Assembly (NCBI GenBank): GCA_963749655.1
Contig: CAVVOB010000033.1
Span: 1-64,000, forward strand
Length of the DNA stretch: 64,000 nucleotides
Direction: 5' to 3'
Source of the DNA: Nitrospirota bacterium
GTDB lineage: Bacteria; Nitrospirota; UBA9217
Shown here: positions 41,563 through 51,623 of the stretch, piece after piece
How positions within the stretch are numbered: the first letter of the stretch is position 1
How the letters are laid out: every line of letters starts with the position of its first letter
Translations under genes and position numbers: made by a program
The notes under the pieces: generated by a model
Seen by the model: only the letters and a program-made list of their open reading frames with translations
The model's database searches: none
Told to the model about the DNA's origin: nothing

Positions 41563-42372
41563 ATGAAAATCATCGACTACCACACCCACATCTTTCCCGA
41601 CAAGATCGCAAAGCCCGCCATGGACGCCCTGGCGGCCGAGTCCGGCGAATACCGGCCGAAGACGGACGGGACCATGCGGGGCCTGCTCGAATCCATGGAG
41701 CGCGCGAACATCTCCGCGAGCCTCGTCGCCAACATCGCCACGAAGACCTCGCAGATGATGCCCATCCTCGAGTACTGCAAACAGATCAAGAGCGACCGCA
41801 TCCACCCCTTGGTCTCCTTTCACCCGTCGAACGACACCTATGAAGTCGAGGAGATGCTGGGCGACGCCCACCAGTTCGGGATCAAGGGCGTCAAGATGCA
41901 CCCCATGTATCAGAACTTCGATATCGACGACAAATACATGTACGGGTTTTACGAGCTTATCGCAGCCATGGGGCTGCAGATCATGTTCCACACCGGATTT
42001 GATATGGCCTTCCCCGGCAATACGCAGGGGGACGTGGAGCGGGTCAGGAAGATCGCCAACTGGTTCAGGGACCTCACGATCATCTGCACCCACGTGGGCG
42101 GCTGGAAGCAGTGGGACCGGATCGCCTGCCTGCAGGAATGCCGGAACGTGCATACCGAAACGTCGCTGACGCTGACCGAGATCTCCGACGACGAGTTCGT
42201 GAAGGCCCTGTCCTTCTTCGACGAGGACCGTATTCTTTTCGGGAGCGACAGCCCGTGGGCCGACCAGAAGGAAATGGCGGAGCGGACGCTCCGGCTGAAC
42301 ATTTCGGACCGGATGAAGGAAAAGATGATGTATCAGAACGCCGAGAGGCTGCTCGGCTTGAGCCGGGCATGA
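41563..42372 (+). CDS. Amidohydrolase family protein
   Basis: IIDYHTHIFP, GVKMHP, FHTG, HVGG, ILFGSDSPW. Confidence 0.88.
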   Translation: MKIIDYHTHIFPDKIAKPAMDALAAESGEYRPKTDGTMRGLLESMERANISASLVANIATKTSQMMPILEYCKQIKSDRIHPLVSFHPSNDTYEVEEMLGDAHQFGIKGVKMHPMYQNFDIDDKYMYGFYELIAAMGLQIMFHTGFDMAFPGNTQGDVERVRKIANWFRDLTIICTHVGGWKQWDRIACLQECRNVHTETSLTLTEISDDEFVKALSFFDEDRILFGSDSPWADQKEMAERTLRLNISDRMKEKMMYQNAERLLGLSRA

Positions 42373-42416
42373 GCATTTGAAACCGCGGCACTCATAATGA
42401 AAAGGGGCGGGGAATC

Positions 42417-43101
42417 ATGAAGAAGATCGTGATCGCGCAGCACATCGGCAGAACGCTGATGAAGCAGAACACCTTCCTGAATCGTTCGGACATCAAGATC
42501 TTTACCGCAGACTCACATGAGAGCATGCTCGGGATCCACCGCACCGTGCATGCGGACCTCATCATCACCCATTTCGACCTGCCCCGGATGAAGGCCGGCC
42601 GGTTCTGCTCCCTTGTCAAGGCAGGCGCTGCAACGGAAAGACCGGCCGTTCTCTATGATCTGCCCGGCAAGGACGAGCGCGGTCCTGCAAAGCAGCCGCT
42701 GCGGAGCCGATGTCGTATTGTACGAACCTGCCAGGACCGGCAAGATCCTCGCAGCTGCCCGAAAAATCCTCAATCTGTCGTGGCGGGAGACCTACCGCGT
42801 GCTTTTGAACGTTGCGGTCGAGGGGAGCGCGGGCGACCAGTCCTTTTCCTGCCACTCGCTGGACATCAGCCCGACGGGGATGCTCCTGGAGACCGCGCAG
42901 ACGTTCCGCGCCGCAGACCGCGTGTCCTGCTCCTTCCTGCTGCCCGATGCCACCAGGATCGAGGCGTCGGGCGAAGTGGCCCGGGTGATCCCGAAGCTGC
43001 CCGGCTCGGACACGAACCTCTACGGCATCCGGTTCAGCTCCATCGCCAGCGAAGGCCGGTCGGCGCTGGAATCGTTGATACGCACCATGTCCGCGTTCTG
43101 A
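42417..43101 (+). CDS. Receiver-like plus PilZ domain protein (frameshift ~42650)
   Basis: ADLII..DLPRM; PilZ RETYR and DISPTG, GEVAR, YGIRF. Confidence 0.75.
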
Positions 43102-43294
43102 CCAGCTGATCTGCTGTTCCAGGAAGGAAAAGGTTTTTCGCGACCTCCCGCGTCAAAAAAAATCTGAGCTGAATTTTACTATTTTTCCCTGCGACCTTGG
43201 CGCCTTCGCAATGAAGGCATCTCATCTTCCCCTGAAACAGCTCCCTGCCCGCCTGTTGTCGTCGAGGCGAACCAGAATCTTCCGGACCAGCCCG

Positions 43295-43687
43295 TCACTT
43301 GATCTTCCCGATATAGGTTTGAATAACCGGCCAGTCCGCTTCAGCCCAATCCAGGGTATGCATCTTTTCAGGCCTTACCCAGACGACGGCCTTGTGTTCA
43401 TGAAGGACGATCTCGCCCTTCACGAGGACGCAGCGGAAGGGATAGAGCGTTACCGTGAAGGCCGGGTAGGAATGCGTTGCAGGAGGCAGCGGATCGTTGA
43501 CTGCTATGTCCACGCCGAGCTCTTCGAGCACCTCCCGTTTCAGGCACTCGGCAGGGCTCTCGCCTTCCTTGATCTTTCCCCCGGGAAACTCCCACTTGAG
43601 GGGCAGGCTCATGACCTCGCTCCGCTGCGCAGCGAGGACCCTGCCGTCCCGTTCGATGATCGCGCAGGCTACGTGAAGGATGTTCAT
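43295..43687 (-). CDS. Nudix (d)NTP pyrophosphohydrolase (MutT/NudG-like)
   Basis: WEFPGGKIKEGESPAECLKREVLEELG. Confidence 0.9.
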   Translation of the reverse strand: MNILHVACAIIERDGRVLAAQRSEVMSLPLKWEFPGGKIKEGESPAECLKREVLEELGVDIAVNDPLPPATHSYPAFTVTLYPFRCVLVKGEIVLHEHKAVVWVRPEKMHTLDWAEADWPVIQTYIGKIK

Positions 43688-43763
43688 AGTGCCTGTTCCC
43701 CGGCGTGTTGAACGATCATATTCCGAAATGCCGCCTTTTGGATAAGAAGGAATCAGCCATGGA

Positions 43764-43965
43764 GTGGAGCCCCCTCTGACAAGAGCCGGAGGCTCCCTTG
43801 AACAACGCGACCTCCCGCCTGCACCCGGCGGTTACGAGTGCGTATGCATGGAGTGCCAGGTGGAACTGCGAACTCGCGCATGCGTGACACGTTCGTGTCA
43901 CGCGCGAGTGAGCGCTTTCCGCCCCCGGCAGGAGCCGGGGGATGCCAAGGCGCGGGATTGCGTGC
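43764..43965. repeat. Dispersed element GTGGAGCCCCCT.., copy B (full length)
   Basis: Left part matches 21353-21470, right part matches 56620-56672; hairpin CCCCCGGC-AGGA-GCCGGGGG. Confidence 0.75.
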
Positions 43966-43970
43966 GGTCG

Positions 43971-44516
43971 TCAGGATTCCGCGATCTGCTCCAAGCGATC
44001 ATCTTCGACTTTATAAAGAAGGGGCGCAATCAAAATTTTCGGATATAAACCTTGCAGCCGCGCTGTTTCAGCGAGAATGAATGTTATGGGATCTCCAATC
44101 TGGTGTGACCCGGCGTATTCGTCGAATTGCTTCGCTGCTCCGTCCCGGTCGTATCCGGCGCGCGCGACCAGACCGCGTATGAAAGGGTCTCTTTTTTCGC
44201 TGACGCGGCTCATGCCGCAGTCGGTATGCGCCAGCAGAGCGATTGTCGATACGCCGCCGACCGCGATGGCATAGGATATCTCAAACTCGCTGCCCTGCAG
44301 ATTTCCGCCTGCCCCTCTGATGATGTAGGCAAATTCGTTCGGAATGACGAGGTCCTTTCGGTTATCCATGCACATCCCTACAAGAAGCTCGGCATGGGTG
44401 GTCGTGGGCGGCAGCTTCTCCCGGAGGTTGTGATACAAAAACAACCGCTCGATGGGCGTATTTCTATACTTCGGCAGAATGTCATCGGGCTTGTACACGG
44501 GAATAAGGTTTATCAT
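43971..44516 (-). CDS. Beta-class carbonic anhydrase-like protein
   Basis: CMDNR, IRGAGG, HTDCGM. Confidence 0.8.
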   Translation of the reverse strand: MINLIPVYKPDDILPKYRNTPIERLFLYHNLREKLPPTTTHAELLVGMCMDNRKDLVIPNEFAYIIRGAGGNLQGSEFEISYAIAVGGVSTIALLAHTDCGMSRVSEKRDPFIRGLVARAGYDRDGAAKQFDEYAGSHQIGDPITFILAETARLQGLYPKILIAPLLYKVEDDRLEQIAES

Positions 44517-45145
44517 CGACGCGACCTTTCTTCCGGCGAAGCAGGTGACTTTCGCCGGCGGACTTGTTGTTCTGAAATTGCAGCGGGCGACTTGATCGCA
44601 GGAAGCAAGCCGACGGTCGCTCCTTCAATATCGAGCATCTTCAGCTTGATCGAGACCCCGCCGTGCGCTGAGAACCCTCCGGCCTTGCTGCCCGAGGCCA
44701 ATACCCGATGGCACGGTATGATGAGCGGTACCGGATTCTTTCCCAGGGCCTGCCCCACGGCACGGCTTGCAGCCGGACGTTTCATGGCTTTCGCGACTTC
44801 ACCGTACGTCATTGTCCTGCCTGCGTAAATAGTCCGGCAAACGTCGTACACCTGTTTGGCGAGGGGACTGACGCCGTCGACAGCTACGGCTACATCGCTG
44901 AAGTCCTGAGGATCGCCTTCAAGATGCTTCCTGATCTTTTTAATAATCCCGGCAACAGCAGGAGGAATTGCATCGGCCTTTTCGGCGCCGCTTGTTTGCG
45001 CGATCCTTGATTCGGTCTGCTTGTTCGATGCTTCGGGCAGCTGAAATGCGGTAATGACCGGCGCGTTACCGTTGATCGGACTCTTCCATGCGATAGCGCA
45101 GGCGCCCAAGGGCGTCTCGAAAAGACTGTATACCGCTTGTTTCAT
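44513..45145 (-). CDS. ogt: Methylated-DNA-[protein]-cysteine S-methyltransferase
   Basis: TYGEVA, RAVGQAL..NP..IIPCHRV. Confidence 0.9.
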   Translation of the reverse strand: MKQAVYSLFETPLGACAIAWKSPINGNAPVITAFQLPEASNKQTESRIAQTSGAEKADAIPPAVAGIIKKIRKHLEGDPQDFSDVAVAVDGVSPLAKQVYDVCRTIYAGRTMTYGEVAKAMKRPAASRAVGQALGKNPVPLIIPCHRVLASGSKAGGFSAHGGVSIKLKMLDIEGATVGLLPAIKSPAAISEQQVRRRKSPASPEERSRR

Positions 45146-45181
45146 TAAGGGCCCCTTTCAGTCCGTTCCTTCCTTCCAGTG

Positions 45182-46250
45182 CTACCCCACCTCAGCATCC
45201 ATTTCAAGGAACCCGCCAAAGCGCTGCGCCGCAGCAATCAACGCACGGTGCTCGGCAGCGGACAACGGTGTGAAGGGCTGCGACGCGATGACAGCCCACT
45301 TCTTCTTGAACGTCCGTTTCCAGGTACCCCTGACCCGTCCGTTTATGACGAAAGTAGGAGGCAGCATGCCGTTCGGCGGAGTCAGCTTTTTGTAATGTTT
45401 GACATCCATGGATGCTGAGCGGTCTCTGTAGCTCAACAGATATTCGTCGAACCCGGGAAGCAGATATGCCGTTCCGGCGCCCTTTTTCATCCCTGTCTGG
45501 TTGCGTGCAAACCAGTAGGCCTGCCCTTCTACCGTATCTTTGGCAAGCTTTGGTGAGACGGCATCGAGCGCAGCAGATGCGGCCTTTGCGGACAAACCCG
45601 ACCACCAGGTAAAATCCTGGAGCGACGCCGGCCCGCGGCTCGTGAAGTATCGAAGCGCAAGCTCGGCAGCGGCTTCTGCCGGATCGGGAAACCTGTTCCT
45701 GAGCATTGCCTTGTCCTGCAACATGAACGTCGGATTGTTGCTGCGCATGATCCCCTGGCAGATGATGCGTTCCATCACCGCCCGCTGCAGCAGGTAGCGG
45801 AGTACGCTGGCCCGCTGTCGAGATGCCGTTCTTTTCCAGAATAGCGACCAGTGCGGGCCGGTCCAGCTGCCTGTCGCCCTGCAGTGCCTTCGCAATGATC
45901 TCATTGCTGCGGCCCATGGTGCGCTCGTCAAGCTCGAGCTCTTTGTATCGTCGCGCGTTCCCGGCAACGACACCGGGCGCAAGAAGCGCCAGCATCCAGC
46001 CGATGTCCGCTGCCGTGACAAAGTGAAGCGTTCCCCGCAGGGCCCAGGTACGGACGATCTTTTTGTCGATGATCGCCTGTTCCACGCCGGCATCCGTGCT
46101 GCCCGGCACGCGAAGCCCGATGGACCATTTTGCTCCTGCGTAATCCTGCGCCTGTATCGCTCCCATCCACGCCATGGCTTCAGCAGGGAGCTTGAATGGG
46201 GATCGGATGAGCTGTTGACTGTACAGGCGCTGCATGGCAATGTTCGACAT
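45182..46250 (-). CDS. AlkZ/YcaQ-family (HTH_42) DNA glycosylase (frameshift ~45805)
   Basis: IQAQD, RTWALRGTLHFV, GPASLQDFTWWSG, LLPGFDEYLLSY.DRS, GTWK. Confidence 0.85.
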
Positions 46251-46255
46251 GGCTA

Positions 46256-46933
46256 TCAGTTACCGGTACGGTATTGCTTCGCAAGCAGCTTTTCACTGGC
46301 AGTCGTAGCGATGCCGTCCTTTTCGTACAGCTTCAGCACATCGGTCATCGGTTTTTGCGACATGACGGCGTCCGTGACCACGGAGACTTTATAGCCCCGG
46401 TTCAGTCCTCCCAGGGCTGTTTTATGCACGCAATACACACCGTCCAGCCCTGCGAGGTACAGTTCATTCACCTGACGGGATATCAGGAATTCTCCGAGTT
46501 GAGGGTTCGAGAAGGCGTCGGAGATCTTTTTCGTGAAATCGTTCTTGTTGATCACCTTGATACGGCTGTCGACCTCGGTTCCCGGAAGCCCTTCGATGGT
46601 CCTGCCCACAAGCGTTCTCATGATCGCGTTGTTGTCGAAGAGCTGACGGATATAGACGACCTGCATGCCCGATTTCGATGCCCAGTCGATCAGCTTGTTG
46701 ATCGCGGCGATCTGCGCCTCGACGTTCTTCAGCAGCGGCTCCTTCGCGCCTTTGACGCCGGTATAGTCCTCCTGCACATCGATCACCAGAAGCGCTTTTG
46801 CCGGACTGGCGTAGGAGCTTATCTTCGGTCCCGTCGTGGGAGTATAGATTTTCTTGAAGGTAAAGAACAGCAGCGTTGCAACGACAACAACGATTACAGC
46901 CAGTGAAAGCGGTATTTTTTTCCAGAGAGACAT
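46256..46933 (-). CDS. Isochorismatase-family cysteine hydrolase with N-terminal anchor
   Basis: ALLVIDVQEDY, FTKKISDAF, GLDGVYCVHKTA, GYKV.VV.DAV. Confidence 0.85.
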   Translation of the reverse strand: MSLWKKIPLSLAVIVVVVATLLFFTFKKIYTPTTGPKISSYASPAKALLVIDVQEDYTGVKGAKEPLLKNVEAQIAAINKLIDWASKSGMQVVYIRQLFDNNAIMRTLVGRTIEGLPGTEVDSRIKVINKNDFTKKISDAFSNPQLGEFLISRQVNELYLAGLDGVYCVHKTALGGLNRGYKVSVVTDAVMSQKPMTDVLKLYEKDGIATTASEKLLAKQYRTGN

Positions 46934-46957
46934 GTTCAATCCTCCTCTATCGTTTTT

Positions 46958-47659
46958 TTACGTTCCGGCGCAAGAAGACATCCCTGCGTCGAACTTCCTG
47001 CACGCCTTCACGATTGCAGCCGCTGTTTCAGCGTCAGCATCAGGACCTACGGTTTCAGCGGGATCGCCGTTCTTATTGAGGAATACCTGATAGGCTTTGA
47101 CGGCGAGAACAGCCAATTGACCCGGATCAGAAGGGATCCTCGTGCCGGGGAAGCATTCGGCATGCTCCTGTATGAACGTCGCCGCAGCCTGTACTGCTGC
47201 ATGTTCTGCGCGGTCCTGTTTTGCCGGATAACTGAATTTCCACCGCCTTACGCGTTCAGCGATCCGAGCCTTGTCCTTATCACGCGGCGTGATCCCGGCT
47301 GCTGGAAATATTCTGCAATCGTAGTTAAGGCATGTGAGGGGGCGTTGTTCATAGATCGAGCATTTGCCCTTAACCATCATGGGGCAGAACCCCTTCTTAT
47401 CGTACCCCATCAGCGCATGTCCTGTGGGAAGTCCGGGCGCAGCAACCAGGAGATCCTTGCGTATCCGGGCAAGGGTACCGGTTTCTTCGGGCCCCACCTG
47501 GATGAACTGGTACGAGCTGCAACAGCCGATGCACTCCCCGCAGGGAACATCCATGCCGCTTTCATCGAGCAGCGCCTTCCGTATGTCGCGAAGCCAGGAT
47601 GAAAAGCCGCCCGCGGCAAGGTTCGGCTCGGCTTGTTTAAAATTGTTAAGGTCGGTCAT
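46958..47659 (-). CDS. YkgJ-family cysteine-cluster protein
   Basis: CGECIGCC..CPMM..KCSIYEQRPLTC..YDC. Confidence 0.85.
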   Translation of the reverse strand: MTDLNNFKQAEPNLAAGGFSSWLRDIRKALLDESGMDVPCGECIGCCSSYQFIQVGPEETGTLARIRKDLLVAAPGLPTGHALMGYDKKGFCPMMVKGKCSIYEQRPLTCLNYDCRIFPAAGITPRDKDKARIAERVRRWKFSYPAKQDRAEHAAVQAAATFIQEHAECFPGTRIPSDPGQLAVLAVKAYQVFLNKNGDPAETVGPDADAETAAAIVKACRKFDAGMSSCAGT

Positions 47660-48454
47660 ACCTGTATCTCGCGAGAGTCTTTGCTCCCCATAAGAACGTC
47701 ACGATTATTGCCGCAAGCGCAATGATCGAGTAACCGACAGCCGCATCCGCCAGCTCGAACTGTGAACGGCCGCCGGGAAAAATACTCCGACCCGTATTGC
47801 CCACGGCATGAAAGACGATGACGCCGAACACGCTCTTTCCCGTATTGTTGTAGAGCCAGACATACAAGATCCGGAAGCCGACGGTAGCGAGAAATCCCCA
47901 GGCCATCAATGCAGGGGACTGGCCGATCTGGATCATGGACGGAAAATGCCAGAACGCCCACAAAATCCCTACAATGAAGCAGGACGTCAGTGCGCTCCAC
48001 CGGTCCTGCAGGGGATCGATGGCATATCCCATGTAACCCAGCTCTTCGCCCGCGGCAGCGATAAAGAACGCGATGAACAAAAGCGGCGTCACAACAGGAA
48101 TATGCCACTCTGCAGGGACCGGCAAACCGATCAGGCGCATTACCCAGTAAGTCAGCGCGTAAAGAAATGGCATCAGAAAAATGATGGGCACATACCAGAT
48201 CTTTTGCGGGATTCTCCGGTAATCGAAGGCTCTTTTCAGGAGCCTCCATACGCCGGCGAACTCTCCTCCCGGTAAACAAGGATCGAAGCCGCGATGAGCG
48301 GAACAAAGGTGGCCCCGACGTCGGTCACGGGAAGATTGTCCGGAAGCCCTTTGACCTTGACCATGGTGCTGAGCAGCCAAAAGGGAATTGTAAGCACGTA
48401 GACCAGCAGGAAGAAGGTCAAAGGAGACCTGCGCATCGATGTTCCCGTGGTCAT
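47646..48454 (-). CDS. CPBP/CAAX-family intramembrane metalloprotease (frameshift ~48265)
   Basis: GEELGYMG, WAFWH, YNNT..S...FH. Confidence 0.85.
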
Positions 48455-48589
48455 GATCTGATGACGTCCTTTCTCTTTCGAAGTAATAAACAATGGTACC
48501 GCGTGATCAAGGTTCGTTCACCTTCAGATTGCTCGTTGCCGCGGCCGTGCTCCTGGCATGCCCCTTACTAGACGCTCATGGTTCTTCGG

Positions 48590-49039
48590 TCACGCTGTCC
48601 TGATCGCTACAAAGACCCCTTCCATCCTCCCCGCGATTTCCTGCTCATATTCCAGAAAGGACAGCAGCTCGATCCGGGCGATTTTCCTGCGCGTCAGCAC
48701 GGCGACAAAGCGCTGCCAGACCGCAGGATCAGGCGCCTTGCATGTTGCGGTAAACGTTCCCGCCATGGGCTTATCGTAGCTCATGGCATTCTTCTGGATG
48801 ACCACGCGGCACGCAAGCCCCTCGCGCTCCAGCCCGAAGTGCACCACGGACCAGGCGGCCAGGATCGCGAGGGACGACGCGCTGCCGCCGAAAACGGTTT
48901 CGCGGTGGTTTATGTTCGGAGCGAGGGGCGCGGACAGGGTCACAGCCGCACTGTCCGCTGCGCGGACTTCGACGCCCATGGCCCTGGACAGCGGAATGTG
49001 TTCGTGCAGATAATCCTGAATTTCCCTGATGGTGCTCAC
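48590..49039 (-). CDS. YiiD C-terminal-type thioesterase
   Basis: HEHIPLSRAMG..APLAPNINH..TVFGGS. Confidence 0.85.
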   Translation of the reverse strand: MSTIREIQDYLHEHIPLSRAMGVEVRAADSAAVTLSAPLAPNINHRETVFGGSASSLAILAAWSVVHFGLEREGLACRVVIQKNAMSYDKPMAGTFTATCKAPDPAVWQRFVAVLTRRKIARIELLSFLEYEQEIAGRMEGVFVAIRTA

Positions 49040-49082
49040 GCCCCGACAGCCGCCTCCTCGAAAATTTTTTTCTCTCCGGGCG

Positions 49083-49451
49083 TTATCTTCTCTTCCCGCC
49101 CTTTACAGCCTTCTTTCCCTTTACGATTTTTTTTCTCTTCGCTGCGAGCAGCGCCTTCTTTGCCCATTCTTTCAGGAGATCGGGGTCTTCCAGCACATCT
49201 CCCGGCACTTCGTAGTAACTCATCTCATATGAGTCCTTGCCATAGGGCTTGAACGGTCCTGCGCCTGCCGCAGCGTAGTCTGCCCTGTTCGTATCATCGG
49301 CTTTAAGGTACAGCACGTCATCGGAAACGAGGCCGAAGAAGAACCCGTCCAGGTAAAGGCCTGCTCCGCCGAACATGCGTCTGGCCTGCACCGGACCGAA
49401 GGCGGCAAGTTGATCGAGCACGTAATCGAGATATTCCCGGCTTATGGACAT
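49083..49451 (-). CDS. TfoX/Sxy N-terminal domain protein
   Basis: RRMFGGAGLY..LYLKAD..MSYYEVP.DVLED. Confidence 0.88.
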   Translation of the reverse strand: MSISREYLDYVLDQLAAFGPVQARRMFGGAGLYLDGFFFGLVSDDVLYLKADDTNRADYAAAGAGPFKPYGKDSYEMSYYEVPGDVLEDPDLLKEWAKKALLAAKRKKIVKGKKAVKGGKRR

Positions 49452-49510
49452 GGATGACTTTACGATGAAACTGCCGGACCTGTCAAGAGGCGATCAGAAG
49501 AGAAAAACTT

Positions 49511-49607
49511 CACCGCGAGGGCGCAAGGAGCGCGAGGACGTCAAAATTCAAACAGTCTGTAGTAAAATCCGTCTCGATTTCCTCGCGACCATCGCGCCTT
49601 CGCGGTT
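49511..49607. repeat. Nonamer-period inverted repeat (CGCGAGGGC / CCTTCGCGG)
   Basis: CACCGCGAGGGCGCAAGGAGCGCGAGG ... CCTCGCGACCATCGCGCCTTCGCGGTT; same family at 2911-3008 and 35771-35853. Confidence 0.75.
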
Positions 49608-49625
49608 CCACGGCTTGCCTGGTGT

Positions 49626-50093
49626 CTACGGCTCGTACACCATCAAATTGCTTGTTGCAGTCGCTGCCAGCTTTTCATTGTCGACGAACGCTTCAGCGGA
49701 AAGCTGAAGCAGTTTCCTGCCTTTTGCCTTGAACTCTGCCCGGATGATCACGGACGCGCCCGGCTTGATCGGCCTGATGAAATTCACGGTCATGTCGATG
49801 GATACGCAGGGCTTGCGCAGGGAGGCAAAGGACAGGGAGCCGAATGCGTCGTCGAAGAAACTGGCAAGGATGCCCCCCTGCAGTGTGCCGACGGGATTTG
49901 TCTGAAATTCTCGCACAGGAAAAGCGAGCGAAATCCTTTTGCCCGGCTCGTACGAAAGGATCTTCCCTTCAGCAGCCGCGAACGTGGGCGGCGGCAGAGT
50001 TATCCCGGGATACCTGGTGGTAAACTCCGGATCCAGGAAAAATTTCGAAAAGTCCTTGTCAGGCATTATGCTTAGTTCAGGCGCTTCGCTCAT
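49626..50093 (-). CDS. PaaI-family thioesterase
   Basis: NPVGTLQGGILASFFDD, VNFIRP. Confidence 0.85.
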   Translation of the reverse strand: MSEAPELSIMPDKDFSKFFLDPEFTTRYPGITLPPPTFAAAEGKILSYEPGKRISLAFPVREFQTNPVGTLQGGILASFFDDAFGSLSFASLRKPCVSIDMTVNFIRPIKPGASVIIRAEFKAKGRKLLQLSAEAFVDNEKLAATATSNLMVYEP

Positions 50094-50229
50094 ATCAGAC
50101 TCCTTCGCGGTTCACGGACCGACAAGATAGGTGGTAAGTTGTACGCCTCATCAATGCTGCCCGAAACAACGTGCCGGAGTAAGTCGATGATGTCCTTGCA
50201 GGATTGCGTAGTATTGTCCGGCGGGGTGA

Positions 50230-50606
50230 TCACCCCTGCTTTTTGAGCCTTTCCAGATTTTCCCTCACCTTGTATTTCACTATCCTCTTGATCAGCGCCG
50301 TGGGAAACGGCCGGTCATGAGGAAACTTGATCGATCCCTTTGCGCTTTTATAATTCTTGATCTCATCCTGAAAAGCAGCCACGCCGCTCGCTCCCGGATA
50401 GAAGCCGATGTGACTCTTGAAAACGCGGCGTACCAAAGCAGCACGCCGTTGAAGAAGAACGCCGGCATCCAGTAACTTATTTTTTCAACCGCATCCGGTG
50501 CAAGCGTTCTGACGATGGACCGTATTTCCTTCAGCCTTTTTCGCGCCGCTGCTGGATGGCCTCGCAGGTACGCGTCAACAGATAGAGCTACTTTCGCTGT
50601 TTTCAT
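50230..50606 (-). CDS. DUF1801 (YdhG-like) protein (frameshift ~50425)
   Basis: VDAYL..APDAVEKISYWMPAF + FKSHIGFYP..KGSIKFP. Confidence 0.85.
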
Positions 50607-50608
50607 AT

Positions 50609-51169
50609 TCACCTCGTGGGTTCGTAGCACAGCAGCACATTTCCGTTCTTGAAGGTCCGCGTTTTTGTCAGCTTCAGCACTTGTTTGTCTTTCATACCCT
50701 CGAACAGAGTTTTCCCTTTGCCGAGAACAATGGGGTTCACGATGATCTGGTATTCATCGATCAGGCCTTCCTGGGCCAGTTGTGATACGATGCTGCCGCT
50801 TCCCATGATCACAATGTCCGGACCGCCTGCTTTTTTCATCTTGCGCACCTCAGCAGCAAGTCCGTCGTTCACCAGCCTCGTGTTGTTCCATTCTGCCTTT
50901 TTCAATTTTTTCGAGAACACGACTTTCGGCATTTCATTCATGGCTTTGGCTACAGCCGGCGCTTGCTGCATCGCCAGGGGGGTCGGCCACCAGCTCGCCA
51001 TCAGCTCGTAGGTCTTTCGCCCGTAAAGAGCTTCGCCTCCGCCTTTTGCGTTTCCGTTCACGAAATCGATCCACTCCGGGTCCTGCTTGTGCGCCCAGCT
51101 CATATCGCCCTTCGCGTCCGTAAAATATCCGTCCAGGGACACTTGATTGAACACAATCACTCTTCTCAT
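50609..51169 (-). CDS. Dihydrofolate reductase-like (RibD C-terminal) protein
   Basis: VSLDGY, GRKTYE, KVVFS, GSGS, IDEY..NPIVLGKG. Confidence 0.9.
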   Translation of the reverse strand: MRRVIVFNQVSLDGYFTDAKGDMSWAHKQDPEWIDFVNGNAKGGGEALYGRKTYELMASWWPTPLAMQQAPAVAKAMNEMPKVVFSKKLKKAEWNNTRLVNDGLAAEVRKMKKAGGPDIVIMGSGSIVSQLAQEGLIDEYQIIVNPIVLGKGKTLFEGMKDKQVLKLTKTRTFKNGNVLLCYEPTR

Positions 51170-51185
51170 GGAAGACCTCCTTTAC

Positions 51186-51605
51186 TTATGATTCGCTGCG
51201 ACAAGCCTGCTGATCACCAGTCCCGCACTTTCCTGCTCTCGCCTCGACCAACCTGCCCCCAAACCATGAATAAGGCAGGGAGAGCGCAATCAGGGACAGC
51301 GGATACCAGGCCGGTCCGAAATTCCACAAGACAATCGCTCCGCCTGTGCTGAGCAGCACGCCGATGCCGCCGAGGATCAGCGCGTGCAGCATCGGCTTCT
51401 TAGGCGCCAGGCGCGCCGTGATATAACAGCCGATGATCGAATAGATGCCGCGATAAAACGACGCGAGCAGCAGCAACCCCGTATTGTACATCGGTTGTCC
51501 GGGCGGAGGAAATACTCCGGCTGCGTGCATCAAGGCGTCCGTTCCCGTATGGGTAACGAAAATAAACAGCAAGCCAGCAAAAACCGCTCCAATGCTTTTC
51601 AGCAT
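51186..51605 (-). CDS. Hypothetical 4-TM membrane protein
   Basis: GCYITARLAP..PMLHALILG..GPAWYP. Confidence 0.7.
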   Translation of the reverse strand: MLKSIGAVFAGLLFIFVTHTGTDALMHAAGVFPPPGQPMYNTGLLLLASFYRGIYSIIGCYITARLAPKKPMLHALILGGIGVLLSTGGAIVLWNFGPAWYPLSLIALSLPYSWFGGRLVEARAGKCGTGDQQACRSES

Positions 51606-51623
51606 ACGATCACCCCCTTTTCG

